Positions 1 to 9,256 of a stretch of DNA of 49,001 bases are shown piece after piece. This DNA is from an uncultured Pseudomonadales bacterium (lineage in GTDB: Bacteria; Patescibacteriota; Microgenomatia; UBA1400; PJMF01): NCBI GenBank assembly GCA_964611955.1, contig CAZTBN010000001.1:24858-73858 (forward strand). Direction: 5' to 3'. A program made the translations under genes and the position numbers. Every line of letters begins with the position of its first letter. Within the stretch, counting starts at the first letter, position 1. The notes beneath the pieces were generated by a model. That model searched no databases. It had not been told where the DNA came from and was given only the letters and a program-made list of their open reading frames with translations.

Positions 1-648
1 ATCAACATCCTCACTCTTTTTCCAGAGTTTTTCAGTTCTCCTTTGCAAACCTCAATGCTCAAGATAGCTCAAACTCAACAAAAGATAGAGTTTAAGTTGA
101 TCAATATCAGAGATTTTGCTCAAGATAAGCATCAAATTACCGACGAGCCTCCTTATGGCGGTGGCGCAGGCATGATCATGAAAATCGAGCCCATTGCTCT
201 CGCTCTTCAATCTCTAAAACTAGAAAAAAATCAACTGGACAAATTAATTTTATTAACCTCAGCTAAAGGACAATTGTTTACTCAAGCACTTGCTACTGAA
301 TATTCACAACTCACAGAATTAACCTTAATTTGTGGACACTATCAAGATGTAGATCAACGAGTGGCTGATTATTTAGTCGATGGAGAAATAAGTATTGGCA
401 ATTACATTTTAACTGGTGGCGAACCTGCGACTTTAGTCATTGCTGATGCTGTTACCCGTTTAATTCCTGGTGTATTAGGCAATCAAGCCAGTTTAGCTAA
501 CGAATCACATAGTCAGACTCAAATAAAAAGTGCGCCTCAATATACTAGGCCAGAGAACTATCAAGGTTGGACTGTGCCATCAGTTTTATTATCTGGAGAT
601 CATCAAAAAATAGAGCAGTGGCGCAAAAAAAAATTAAAACTTAATTAA
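1..648 (+). CDS. trmD: tRNA (guanine37-N1)-methyltransferase TrmD, 5'-truncated by the window edge
   Basis: Frame 1 is open from nt 1 (INILTLFPEFFSSPL... precedes the track's Met at 43). TrmD/SPOUT signatures DEPPYGGGAGMIMKIEP, LICGHYQDVDQRV, ISIGNYILTGGE. TAA stop at 646-648. Confidence 0.9.
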   Translation: MNILTLFPEFFSSPLQTSMLKIAQTQQKIEFKLINIRDFAQDKHQITDEPPYGGGAGMIMKIEPIALALQSLKLEKNQLDKLILLTSAKGQLFTQALATEYSQLTELTLICGHYQDVDQRVADYLVDGEISIGNYILTGGEPATLVIADAVTRLIPGVLGNQASLANESHSQTQIKSAPQYTRPENYQGWTVPSVLLSGDHQKIEQWRKKKLKLN

Positions 649-1515
649 TTTTATCGCTTCCCTAATATTCTTTTGTTTAAACGGTAAAATTTTAGTTAGT
701 TTAGCTGTGCTTAAAGCGGTATTTTTTTGATAAGGGCGATTTAACGTTTTTAAATAGTCTGCTAACTTCCCAGCTTTGACTTCACCTGGTAGTTGAAAAA
801 TTTCTTTAAGGGCTTGAGCAAACTCATAATCAGTCCATTGTTCTCCACTAGTAGCATGAAATAAACCTGTAGTTTTTTGTTCCACAAAAAAATTTAGTAC
901 TTGAGTGAAATCATCAATAAAAGTTGGGCCAAAATAATGATCAATAAACATGGGATAAAGATTGTTATCGCGCAGACCATTAAATAAGCGATGAGCAAGA
1001 TCAAGTTTGGGAAAAGCATCAGATCGAAACGGTTGATCTATGCGTAAAATTGTCCAATTTATTTCACTTTGGGCGATTAATTGTTCGGCTTCAAATTTGG
1101 TTTGACCATACCATTCAATGGGATGGGGTGTATCGGTTTCTGTGTATAACTCAGTTTTTTTACCATCAAAAACATAAGCTGTAGAAATGTAAATTAAATA
1201 TTTATTAAACTGTTCACAAGCTTTGATAATATTTTTAGTACCGACTACATTAACTTGATAAGCCACTCCTTCTTTATTATCGCGCTGTTCCCAAGCTTTA
1301 GTCACATCGGTGAAGGCAGCCAAATGGATAACTGTATCAGCTGCTGATGTTGCAAAGGAGTTCATTACTGCTGATTCATCAGTAATATCAACTGGATTGG
1401 TTGGATGAGAAAGCTCTAAACTATCAACTTCATATTTTGGAGCATAAGTTTGAATGAAGTGCGAACCAACCAAACCATTGGCGCCAGTAGTGAGTAAAGG
1501 AATTTTGTTCATCAT
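634..1515 (-). CDS. rmlD: dTDP-4-dehydrorhamnose reductase-like SDR (RmlD family)
   Basis: N-terminal Rossmann motif LLTTGANGLVGSHF and catalytic YGQTKFEAEQ (YxxxK), at RmlD-like length. The track start at 1551 is a GTG that overlaps rmlB. I prefer the ATG-ATG at 1515/1512, which lies just after the rmlB stop (1520). The 3' end overlaps trmD convergently by 15 nt. Confidence 0.7.
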   Translation of the reverse strand: MMNKIPLLTTGANGLVGSHFIQTYAPKYEVDSLELSHPTNPVDITDESAVMNSFATSAADTVIHLAAFTDVTKAWEQRDNKEGVAYQVNVVGTKNIIKACEQFNKYLIYISTAYVFDGKKTELYTETDTPHPIEWYGQTKFEAEQLIAQSEINWTILRIDQPFRSDAFPKLDLAHRLFNGLRDNNLYPMFIDHYFGPTFIDDFTQVLNFFVEQKTTGLFHATSGEQWTDYEFAQALKEIFQLPGEVKAGKLADYLKTLNRPYQKNTALSTAKLTKILPFKQKNIREAIKLIKF

Positions 1516-1519
1516 GAAC

Positions 1520-2560
1520 TTATTTATGATATTGTTGTTTAAACCAAGCACTATTTTTAGCTTTTAACTCTTGCCACCATGATTGATTTTCTTGATACCA
1601 AGCAATAGTCTGTTGTAAACCTTGTTCTAAACTGACTTGGGGTTGCCAACCTAACTCAGTTTTAAGTTTTGTCCAGTCAACAGCATAACGTCTGTCATGA
1701 CCAGGACGATCAGTGATTTGCTCAATCATATTATCTGATTTGCCCATTAACTTAATAATCATTTGTGCAATTTGTAGATTAGAAATATCTTCAGTTAAAC
1801 CTCCGACTAAATAAGTCGCTCTTTTTTTACCAGAATTAATAATCAGATCAATAGCTCGGCAGTGATCATCAACAAACAGCCAATCACGCACATATTTACC
1901 ATCTCCATAAATAGGAATGGTTTTATTTTCCAATAAGTTGGTGATAGCTAGAGCAAAGAATTTTTCAGGAAATTGATATGGACCATAATTGTTTGAGCAA
2001 TTACTAATAGTGTAGTTTAGACCATATGTCTCTCCGTAAGCCCTAACCAAATGGTCGCTGCCAGCCTTACTAGCTGAATAAGGACTTCTAGGATCATAGG
2101 CAGTCGTTTCAGAAAATAAGGAGTTTGAATCTAGAGGCAGTGAGCCAAAGACTTCATCAGTAGAAATATGATGAAATAATTTAATGTTATGCTTGACTGC
2201 TGAGTCTAATAAAACTTGGGTACCCAAAACATTGGTTTTGAGAAAAAGCAGGGGATCATGAATGGAACGATCGACATGAGTTTCAGCTGCGAAATGAACT
2301 ACAATCTCCACCTCAGGCATAATATTATCAACTAAGGCTTGATTATTTATATCGCCCTGAACAAAAGTGTAATGATCATTATTTTCAATATCAATTAGGT
2401 TGTTTAAGTTACCGGCATAAGTAAGTACGTCTAAATTAATGATTCTGTCCTGAGGATATTTAGCTAACCAGTAATGAATAAAATTAGAACCAATAAAACC
2501 AGCCCCTCCTGTTACAAGTAAAGTTTTTGGTTTTGAGCTAGTGAATTGAGTTTGTGTCAT
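1520..2560 (-). CDS. rfbB: dTDP-glucose 4,6-dehydratase
   Basis: LLVTGGAGFIGSNFIHYWL, HFAAETHVDRSI, STDEVFG and YSASKAGSDHLVRAY are classic RmlB blocks. The track start at 2575 is TTG; the first ATG (MTQTQF...) is at 2560. Confidence 0.9.
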   Translation of the reverse strand: MTQTQFTSSKPKTLLVTGGAGFIGSNFIHYWLAKYPQDRIINLDVLTYAGNLNNLIDIENNDHYTFVQGDINNQALVDNIMPEVEIVVHFAAETHVDRSIHDPLLFLKTNVLGTQVLLDSAVKHNIKLFHHISTDEVFGSLPLDSNSLFSETTAYDPRSPYSASKAGSDHLVRAYGETYGLNYTISNCSNNYGPYQFPEKFFALAITNLLENKTIPIYGDGKYVRDWLFVDDHCRAIDLIINSGKKRATYLVGGLTEDISNLQIAQMIIKLMGKSDNMIEQITDRPGHDRRYAVDWTKLKTELGWQPQVSLEQGLQQTIAWYQENQSWWQELKAKNSAWFKQQYHK

Positions 2561-2577
2561 GAAATTATGTTTCAAAT

Positions 2578-2799
2578 TTATAAATCATAAGAATCATCAA
2601 TCAAGTTTTGTAGTTCATCACGGCCCAACATCATTCTAACTCTAACGTATTTATCCTCTAATTGTAAATATTTTTTAGTTTCCAAGCGATATTGCGATTT
2701 GTAATAACTGGCTAGGTAGATTAAACCAATAATAATTACCACTAAAATTCTAATTAAAGTCTTAGGATTAATCGGTTGCACAAGTTTATTATGGTTCAT
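2578..2799 (-). CDS. small single-pass membrane protein, unknown function
   Basis: 73-aa ORF with an ATG start and one hydrophobic helix (LIRILVVIIIGLIYLASYY) followed by a charged tail. It sits between the LCP gene and rfbB on the same strand. I recognise no family. Confidence 0.45.
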   Translation of the reverse strand: MNHNKLVQPINPKTLIRILVVIIIGLIYLASYYKSQYRLETKKYLQLEDKYVRVRMMLGRDELQNLIDDSYDL

Positions 2800-2836
2800 G
2801 TTAAAGCGTTTAATGATTGTTATTGTAGCATCGGTA

Positions 2837-3973
2837 TTAATTTAGGGCAGAACTATTGTCGGAATCAAAATGAGAATGGATAAATTCCTGAAAACTTTTG
2901 TGATTTCTGATGATGTAGACCCACTGATTATCAAATGGTTTGAGGTTTTTTGGATGTTCAATAACTCCGTTTGGATCATCTGGATAGATTGGTAAGGCTA
3001 AATTGTTAACAGTTATTTCTTTTTCATTACGCACTAACTTCACTGCCAATGATAACGTCTGCTGAATTGGAAAGTACTGTTCAACTCTATCTTGATAAAA
3101 TTTTAACAATAATCCACCAATTTCTGGTTGTTGCCAATATAAGCCGGGTTGTGATAATTTTTTAAGCAAAGCTTGAAAAACCTGTTGCTGTCGTTTGGAT
3201 CGAGCAATATCATCTCCCTCAGTTTCATTAAAGCTGTGACGACTGCGAATATACTTTAAAGCAGTTTCTCCATTCATCGTTTGTACTCCAGTGTTAAATT
3301 CAATGGTTTCGTAAAGCACAGCAGGATCTGTTTCAGTAGTAAGATCAACGTCATCTCTAGGAAACTGTTCATCAATAAAACCTGCTTCAACATTAATGGT
3401 CACTCCACCAACAATATCAATCAGTTTTTTTAAATCAGCTAAATAAATTACCAAACTCTGATCAATTTTGATCTTAGCTAATTCTTGCATTACTTCTTGA
3501 GGAAACTGTTGGGGAGAGGCAGGGTAACGGTCTTTACCATACTCATAAAGGGTATTAATTTTAGTTTTATAAGCATCGCTCCAAATATCTCTGGGCATAT
3601 TTAGTAAAGTGATCTGATTAGAATTTTTATTTACCCCAACTAACAACATGGTATCTGATAATTGGGGAGCATTAGGACGATTGGCAACATCATCCAGACC
3701 CAAAATTAAAAAGGTGGAATTAGTGTTATTGTTAGAGTCATTTGGTGACGTGAGCTGTTTAACAAGATTAACAACATCTGTGTGAGATAGTTCGGCAGCA
3801 GCTAAAAATCGCTGGTATTTGTGATAAATAATAGTGCCAAAAAAAATAACTGCAAAGAAAATTGCTCCGATATAAGCTATGAGCCCAATGAGTAAACCTC
3901 TTAAAAGGGTTTTTTGGTTTAAATTGCTCAACAAGGATGTGTTAGATTTTTGTATTTGCATAAAACTAATCAT
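2837..3973 (-). CDS. LytR-CpsA-Psr (LCP) family glycopolymer-to-cell-wall phosphotransferase
   Basis: N-terminal TM helix, then the LCP core blocks FLILGLDD, LSDTMLLVGV, LLNMPRDIW, ALKYIRSRHS and DIARSKRQQQVFQALLKKL. An alternative ATG lies at 3961. Confidence 0.85.
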   Translation of the reverse strand: MISFMQIQKSNTSLLSNLNQKTLLRGLLIGLIAYIGAIFFAVIFFGTIIYHKYQRFLAAAELSHTDVVNLVKQLTSPNDSNNNTNSTFLILGLDDVANRPNAPQLSDTMLLVGVNKNSNQITLLNMPRDIWSDAYKTKINTLYEYGKDRYPASPQQFPQEVMQELAKIKIDQSLVIYLADLKKLIDIVGGVTINVEAGFIDEQFPRDDVDLTTETDPAVLYETIEFNTGVQTMNGETALKYIRSRHSFNETEGDDIARSKRQQQVFQALLKKLSQPGLYWQQPEIGGLLLKFYQDRVEQYFPIQQTLSLAVKLVRNEKEITVNNLALPIYPDDPNGVIEHPKNLKPFDNQWVYIIRNHKSFQEFIHSHFDSDNSSALN

Positions 3974-4030
3974 TATCTTATCAAAAGTAACAGATGCAAG
4001 CTACACACACTAAGTGTTACAATATTTTTC

Positions 4031-5803
4031 ATGAATCAGTTTAGATTTTTATTGCAAAAAAAACAGCTGCAGTATTGGTTATTGTTGATTATTTTTTTAG
4101 TAGCATCTTGGCCATTATTAAAACCAGGAATGTTTAAAATTCATGATTTTACTCACGGAGCTCGAATTGCAGAAATGACTCAAGCTTTGCAAGATGGACA
4201 GTTTCCAGTACGCTGGACTCAGCATTTTGGGTTTGGTTATGGCATGCCCCTTTTTGAGTTTTATGCCCCCTTGCCTTTTTATCTAGGTAGTATTTTTTAT
4301 TGGTTATTTGGCAACTTATTAGGATCAGTTAAATTCATATTTTTACTGACTAATGGATTAAGTCTTCTAGGAGCGTATCTATTAGGCAAAAAACTATTTA
4401 AAACAGACTTGGCTGGTATAGTGACTAGTTTAACCTTTACACTAGCTCCTTATCGATTTTTAAATTTATATATTCGAGGAGCAGCTAGCGAACTCTGGGG
4501 CATTATGGCTCTGCCTTGGATTATTTGGTCAACTGTGAAACTGATTCATAAAGAAAAATGGAGTTGGTTGTGGAGTATTGTTAGTTGGAGTGTGTTGTTT
4601 CTAAGCCACAATATTTCCACCTTAATTTTTACTCCATTTATTTTTGTGTTAATAGGACTTTATCTCATGACTGTTTATTTCAACAAACAACTAAATTTTA
4701 AAGATATTTTAAAATTCATGACTGAGATCAGTACGTCTTTATTATTAGCCATTGGTCTGAGTTCTTTTTATTTAATACCTGCTTTTGTAGAAAAAGATTT
4801 AACCAAAGTCAGCGATTATATTTTGGGATATTACTTTAACTACAAGTTACATTTTTTATATATTAGACAATTTTTTAGACCTAACTGGAGTTTTGGTGGA
4901 AGCGAATGGGGGCCAGACGATCCCATCTCTTTTTTCTTAGGTTATGGTCAACTGTTAGTAATTGTCTTAATCATGATTGCTATCATTTTCATGATCAGAA
5001 AAACTGTGATATCTAAAAATAGATCAAATTTGATTCACTTAAGCTGGCCACTGGGTTTAATAGGCTTATTTTTCGCTTCATTAATCATGACTACTGAAAA
5101 ATCACAAGTGCTTTGGCATAATATTTCTTTATTAGAATTTGTTCAATTTCCATGGAGATTTTTAGGCATGTCTATTTTTATTTTGGCCTTATTGGCTGGT
5201 TGGCTTGTTCAATATAGTCAGCTGGTTTTACTTAAACTTAAAAAACAAACATTTTATTTTCTATTAGTAGGCACAATCCTAGTTTCCTTATTATTTAATC
5301 TTCGTTTTACTCAACCGGAAATGTTTATTGAAGATACGCAAGCAATCTATTATGCTAATCCAGCTAAAATAAGCCTAGAAATGAGTCAGATTTTACCTGA
5401 TTATTTGCCCCTCAGCTTGGAATCAAATATTCAACCGCCGCCTTCATTGATTGTTAAAGATTTAAGTTTTAGTGAGCAGGATTATGAAATTCTAGTTAAC
5501 CGCAGTCATGAAAAATTGATTAAATTTCACACTACCGAACCTTTAAAAATTAATGTGGCATTAGCTTATTATCCAGGATGGAAGGCTTGGAATGGTTTAA
5601 CTCCAACTAAACTTGCAGTTGCCAGCAATGGTACGATGTTAGTTAATTTGAATGAAGGAGATAATTTAATTGCTCTCAAATTTACTAATACACCTATTAG
5701 ATTATTAAGTGACCTAATCAGTTTGCTATCATTGTTAATTATTGGACTGCTTATTTTTATTAATCAAATTAACTATCAAAAACTCAGTGTTAATCAAAAC
5801 TAA
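4031..5803 (+). CDS. polytopic membrane protein, GT-C-like (COG5617 / PTPS-related membrane protein type), paralog of 22082-23761
   Basis: More than 10 predicted TM helices. N-terminal loop HDFTHGARIAEMTQALQDGQFPVRW...GYGMPLFEFYAPL, plus LSHNISTLIF and FVQFPWRFLG blocks shared with 22082-23761. The track start at 3950 overlaps the divergent LCP gene; the first ATG (MNQFRF) is at 4031. Confidence 0.6.
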   Translation: MNQFRFLLQKKQLQYWLLLIIFLVASWPLLKPGMFKIHDFTHGARIAEMTQALQDGQFPVRWTQHFGFGYGMPLFEFYAPLPFYLGSIFYWLFGNLLGSVKFIFLLTNGLSLLGAYLLGKKLFKTDLAGIVTSLTFTLAPYRFLNLYIRGAASELWGIMALPWIIWSTVKLIHKEKWSWLWSIVSWSVLFLSHNISTLIFTPFIFVLIGLYLMTVYFNKQLNFKDILKFMTEISTSLLLAIGLSSFYLIPAFVEKDLTKVSDYILGYYFNYKLHFLYIRQFFRPNWSFGGSEWGPDDPISFFLGYGQLLVIVLIMIAIIFMIRKTVISKNRSNLIHLSWPLGLIGLFFASLIMTTEKSQVLWHNISLLEFVQFPWRFLGMSIFILALLAGWLVQYSQLVLLKLKKQTFYFLLVGTILVSLLFNLRFTQPEMFIEDTQAIYYANPAKISLEMSQILPDYLPLSLESNIQPPPSLIVKDLSFSEQDYEILVNRSHEKLIKFHTTEPLKINVALAYYPGWKAWNGLTPTKLAVASNGTMLVNLNEGDNLIALKFTNTPIRLLSDLISLLSLLIIGLLIFINQINYQKLSVNQN

Positions 5804-7283
5804 GCCAACACCAATCAATACCAATCATGATACTGAAGAGATATTAACTGATCAGGTTATCAGTGACATCAAAAAGAAATCTGTTTCTGGAGCTTTTTCC
5901 TATTTTTTAAGAACAATCTTTTTACAAGGATTAGGATTAATCTCGATTTTTCTGTTAAGTGCTTTTTTTAATCCAGAAGACTTTGGGGTTTATGGTTATG
6001 TGGTGCAAATTATTGGATTGTTAATCTTTTTTTCAGATATTGGTTTGGCAGCTGCTTTGATCCAAAAGAAAAAAGCACCGAGTTTAACTGATTATCGCAC
6101 TGCCTTTACTGTGCAACAACTTTTATCCTGGCTGATTGTGCTAGTAGTTTTGATTATTTATGCCACCGGCATTGTCCAGCGTACAGTCGGTCATCAAGGA
6201 GTTTTGATTCTAATGGCTTTAGCTATTTCTTTTCCTCTAGCTTCCCTAAAAACAATATCTTCAATCCAGTTAGAAAGAGAACTTAAATTTTCCTTGTTAA
6301 TTGTGCCGCAGATTTTTGAACAAGTTACTTTCAATGGCATTTTGCTTTATTTTGCCTGGAAAGGAATGGGTGCCACTGCTTATGCTTGGGCGATTTTAGT
6401 GAGATCAATTTTGGGAACGGTAGTAATGCTCATTATTAAGCCTTGGAAGATTGGTTTTGCCTTTAACAAGCAATCATTTAAAGAGATGCTTAACTTTGGA
6501 GCCAAATTTCAAATTAATGATTTTCTCGCTAGAATTAAAGATCAACTTTTTTTCATTGTGTTAGGCCAAGTTTTACCTTTAACTCAATTTGGTTATATTC
6601 AATGGGCTAAAAATTGGTCAATGTATCCTTACAATTTAACAGTGCAAAATGTGATGGCTATTACTTTTCCCACTTTTGCTCGTTTACAAAAACGAAAAGA
6701 TTTACTTAAAAAAGCTTTAGAAAAGTCTGTTTTTTTTATTAGTTTATTAATTTTTCCTATTTTAGCTGGCATGTGTTTGCTCATAGTGCCCTTAACTCGA
6801 GTTATTCCTCAATATGAAAAGTGGCAACCAGCTGTTTTCAGTTTTATTGCTTTTGCAGCTAGTGTTTCTTGGGCTTCTATCTCCACGCCCATGGTAAATG
6901 CTTTAAATGCGATTGGTAAAATTAACACTTCTCTAAAATTAATGATTATCTGGACGATTTTAACTTGGATCTTGACTCCCATCTTGTTATTGATGGCAGG
7001 ATTTAATGGTGTTGCCTTGGCAGCATTAATAATTTCCTTCACTTCTGTTTTGTCAGTTAAATATGTTCAAAAATATATTGCCGTTGATGTTTGGAATCAA
7101 GTCTGGCGACAATTAATAGCCACACTAGTTATGATCATCCTCGGTTTTTTCTTACAACCAATGGCTAGTCTTAGTATCATTAAATTCTTATTTTCGGCAG
7201 TAGTGATGGGAGCATCATACTTATTTATCTTGCTCATTATTGCTCGTGATAAATTAATGACTGAAATAAAATCTCTTCGCTAG
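5787..7283 (+). CDS. wzx: Wzx-like oligo/polysaccharide flippase (MOP superfamily)
   Basis: About 12-14 TM helices with typical polysaccharide-biosynthesis-protein architecture (FGVYGYVVQIIGLLIFFSDIGLAAALIQKK, LNFGAKFQINDFL). The start is uncertain: GTG at 5787 (17-nt overlap) or TTG at 5742. There is no ATG upstream of the conserved N-terminus. Confidence 0.75.
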   Translation: MLIKTKPTPINTNHDTEEILTDQVISDIKKKSVSGAFSYFLRTIFLQGLGLISIFLLSAFFNPEDFGVYGYVVQIIGLLIFFSDIGLAAALIQKKKAPSLTDYRTAFTVQQLLSWLIVLVVLIIYATGIVQRTVGHQGVLILMALAISFPLASLKTISSIQLERELKFSLLIVPQIFEQVTFNGILLYFAWKGMGATAYAWAILVRSILGTVVMLIIKPWKIGFAFNKQSFKEMLNFGAKFQINDFLARIKDQLFFIVLGQVLPLTQFGYIQWAKNWSMYPYNLTVQNVMAITFPTFARLQKRKDLLKKALEKSVFFISLLIFPILAGMCLLIVPLTRVIPQYEKWQPAVFSFIAFAASVSWASISTPMVNALNAIGKINTSLKLMIIWTILTWILTPILLLMAGFNGVALAALIISFTSVLSVKYVQKYIAVDVWNQVWRQLIATLVMIILGFFLQPMASLSIIKFLFSAVVMGASYLFILLIIARDKLMTEIKSLR

Positions 7284-7377
7284 TGCTTGAGTTATCAATT
7301 GAGTCAGTTTGGTTTATAATGATTATTAAGGTTTAATCAGAACTGCTCTTGACTAAATTATTAAATACCTGGTCACT

Positions 7378-8283
7378 ATGACACTTTCAGTTGCAATTAA
7401 CACCAAAAATGCTGCCCTTACTCTGGAAAAAACATTAAAATCAGTTAAGTTTGCTGATGAAATCGTGGTAGTGGATATGCATAGCACTGATAATACTGTG
7501 AAAATTGCGCAAAAATATACTGATAAAATTTTTCAATATAAAGATGTAGGTTTTGCCGATCCAGCTCGGAACTTCGCTTTTAGTAAAACCACTAGTGAGT
7601 GGATCTTAATGATCGATGCTGATGAGGTTTTAAGTCCTGGTCTTATTAAATATATTAAACAGGTTATTCAATCTAAGCAGGCTGCAGATATTTATTTAAT
7701 TCCTCGCCAAAACGTAATTTTTAATAAAAAAATGAAATATACAGGCTGGTGGCCAGATTATCAACCGCGTTTATTTAAAAAAGGTCATATAGATTGGCCT
7801 GATAAGGTTCATCAACATCCGGTATTAACTGGTAATGTTAAAAAAGTGACAGCGACTGAACAGCTAGCTATTCTCCATCTTAATTATCCAGATGTATCTT
7901 CATTTATTAGCCGTTTAAATCGTTATACCTCGCTTCAAGCTCATGAAGCCACTCATGGTTTTCCTGAAACTATTAATTCTGGAATCATTGTTAGTAATTT
8001 TTTTGATGAATTCTTTAAACGGTTTTTCGTTTTTTCTGGATTCAAAGATAACGTCGTTGGTACGGGCATGTCGTTTTTACAAGCTTGCTATGAGTTAGTG
8101 GTTAAACTGAAAATATGGGAGTTACAGTCATCTTCTCATACAGACCTTAGCACCATTGAGGTAATAAGGTCTTTAGAAAAATCACGCAATCATCTTAACT
8201 ATTGGTTAGCAGATTGGCATATTAAAAATTCTGTCGGTTTAAAACAAATCTATTGGAAAATTAGAAGAAAATTTCAGTTTTAA
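7378..8283 (+). CDS. family 2 glycosyltransferase, LgtF/WaaE-like subclass
   Basis: LSVAINTKNAA...EIVVVDMHSTDNTVKIAQKY...MIDADE. The C-terminal amphipathic tail has a KIWELQ motif shared with 9257-10090. Confidence 0.8.
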   Translation: MTLSVAINTKNAALTLEKTLKSVKFADEIVVVDMHSTDNTVKIAQKYTDKIFQYKDVGFADPARNFAFSKTTSEWILMIDADEVLSPGLIKYIKQVIQSKQAADIYLIPRQNVIFNKKMKYTGWWPDYQPRLFKKGHIDWPDKVHQHPVLTGNVKKVTATEQLAILHLNYPDVSSFISRLNRYTSLQAHEATHGFPETINSGIIVSNFFDEFFKRFFVFSGFKDNVVGTGMSFLQACYELVVKLKIWELQSSSHTDLSTIEVIRSLEKSRNHLNYWLADWHIKNSVGLKQIYWKIRRKFQF

Positions 8284-8285
8284 AT

Positions 8286-9227
8286 ATGTCTGAAGTCCAG
8301 CCATTAATTACTATCATTATTGTTAATTACGATACTACTAATTTAACTTTAGAGTGCCTGCAATCACTTTTGAAGTTAGAACGTGATGGTTTTCGCTATA
8401 ATATTTTGATAGTTGATAATGGTTCACAAAAAGAGTTCAAAATTCCCCATAAATTAAGTAGTCTTAAGCAAACTTATGCTGAATCGATTGACACGATTCG
8501 CACCGAAGCCAATATTGGCTTTACCGGAGGTAATAACTTAGGCATGAGTCATGCAGTCAAATTTTATAATCCTGATTATTTTTTGTTATTAAACTCCGAT
8601 ACCACAGTCACACCCAGTTTTTTAAAACATCTTTATCTAGGAATTCAGGGAGAAGATAGGGGGATTGCCACCAGTAAAATATATTTTGAAGCAGGTAAAG
8701 AGTTTCATCATCAGAGTTATAAAAAATCACAAAAAGGCAAGGTGATTTGGTTTGCTGGTGGTACAATTGACTGGCCTAATTTAATGGCTTTTCATCGTGG
8801 AGTGGATGAGGTTGATCGAGGTCAGTTTGATCAGTTAGCAACCACTGATTTTGCCACAGGTTGTTGTATGTTAATTAAACGAGAAGTTATAGAAAAAATA
8901 GGTATTTTAGACAAAAGATACTTTCTATATTTAGAAGATGTTGATTTTAGTATTAGAGCAATAAAAAAGGGTTATAGTCTTGTTTTTTGTCCACAAGCAG
9001 TAATATTTCATAAAAATGCAGGATCTTCTGGAGGAGCAGGTTCCGATATTCATTTATATTACCAAACTCGCAATAGATTATTGTTCTTTTTACAGCATGC
9101 TCGGTTAAGAATTAAAATTACTGCAATTCGTTATTTATTTAAACTATTAACTAGTAGTAGCTCTATTCAACGTCAGGCTGCTTTTGATTATATTATGCAG
9201 CGATTTGGCAAACAGCCAGTTATTTAA
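8286..9227 (+). CDS. family 2 glycosyltransferase, rhamnosyltransferase-like subclass
   Basis: ITIIIVNYDTTNLTLECLQSL, VDNGS, GFTGGNNLG, LLLNSDT, GCCMLIKRE, YLEDVDFSIRA. Confidence 0.85.
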   Translation: MSEVQPLITIIIVNYDTTNLTLECLQSLLKLERDGFRYNILIVDNGSQKEFKIPHKLSSLKQTYAESIDTIRTEANIGFTGGNNLGMSHAVKFYNPDYFLLLNSDTTVTPSFLKHLYLGIQGEDRGIATSKIYFEAGKEFHHQSYKKSQKGKVIWFAGGTIDWPNLMAFHRGVDEVDRGQFDQLATTDFATGCCMLIKREVIEKIGILDKRYFLYLEDVDFSIRAIKKGYSLVFCPQAVIFHKNAGSSGGAGSDIHLYYQTRNRLLFFLQHARLRIKITAIRYLFKLLTSSSSIQRQAAFDYIMQRFGKQPVI

Positions 9228-9256
9228 CTATCAGTTTTAAGTTATTATTAAAAGAT

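Noticed and set aside
3950-4030. Long N-terminal extensions offered by the ORF track (starts at 3950, 1551, 2575, 25958, 29001, 34909)
   Set aside because: Where I checked the codon (all but 3950), the start is GTG or TTG. The 3950 and 1551 starts also overlap the neighbouring gene or its start. In every case a downstream ATG sits at the point where the conserved N-terminus begins.
6809-7042. 77-aa minus-strand ORF inside the Wzx flippase gene
   Set aside because: It lies entirely antisense to a well-supported membrane-protein CDS. It has no recognisable motifs and its composition mirrors the sense-strand codons.
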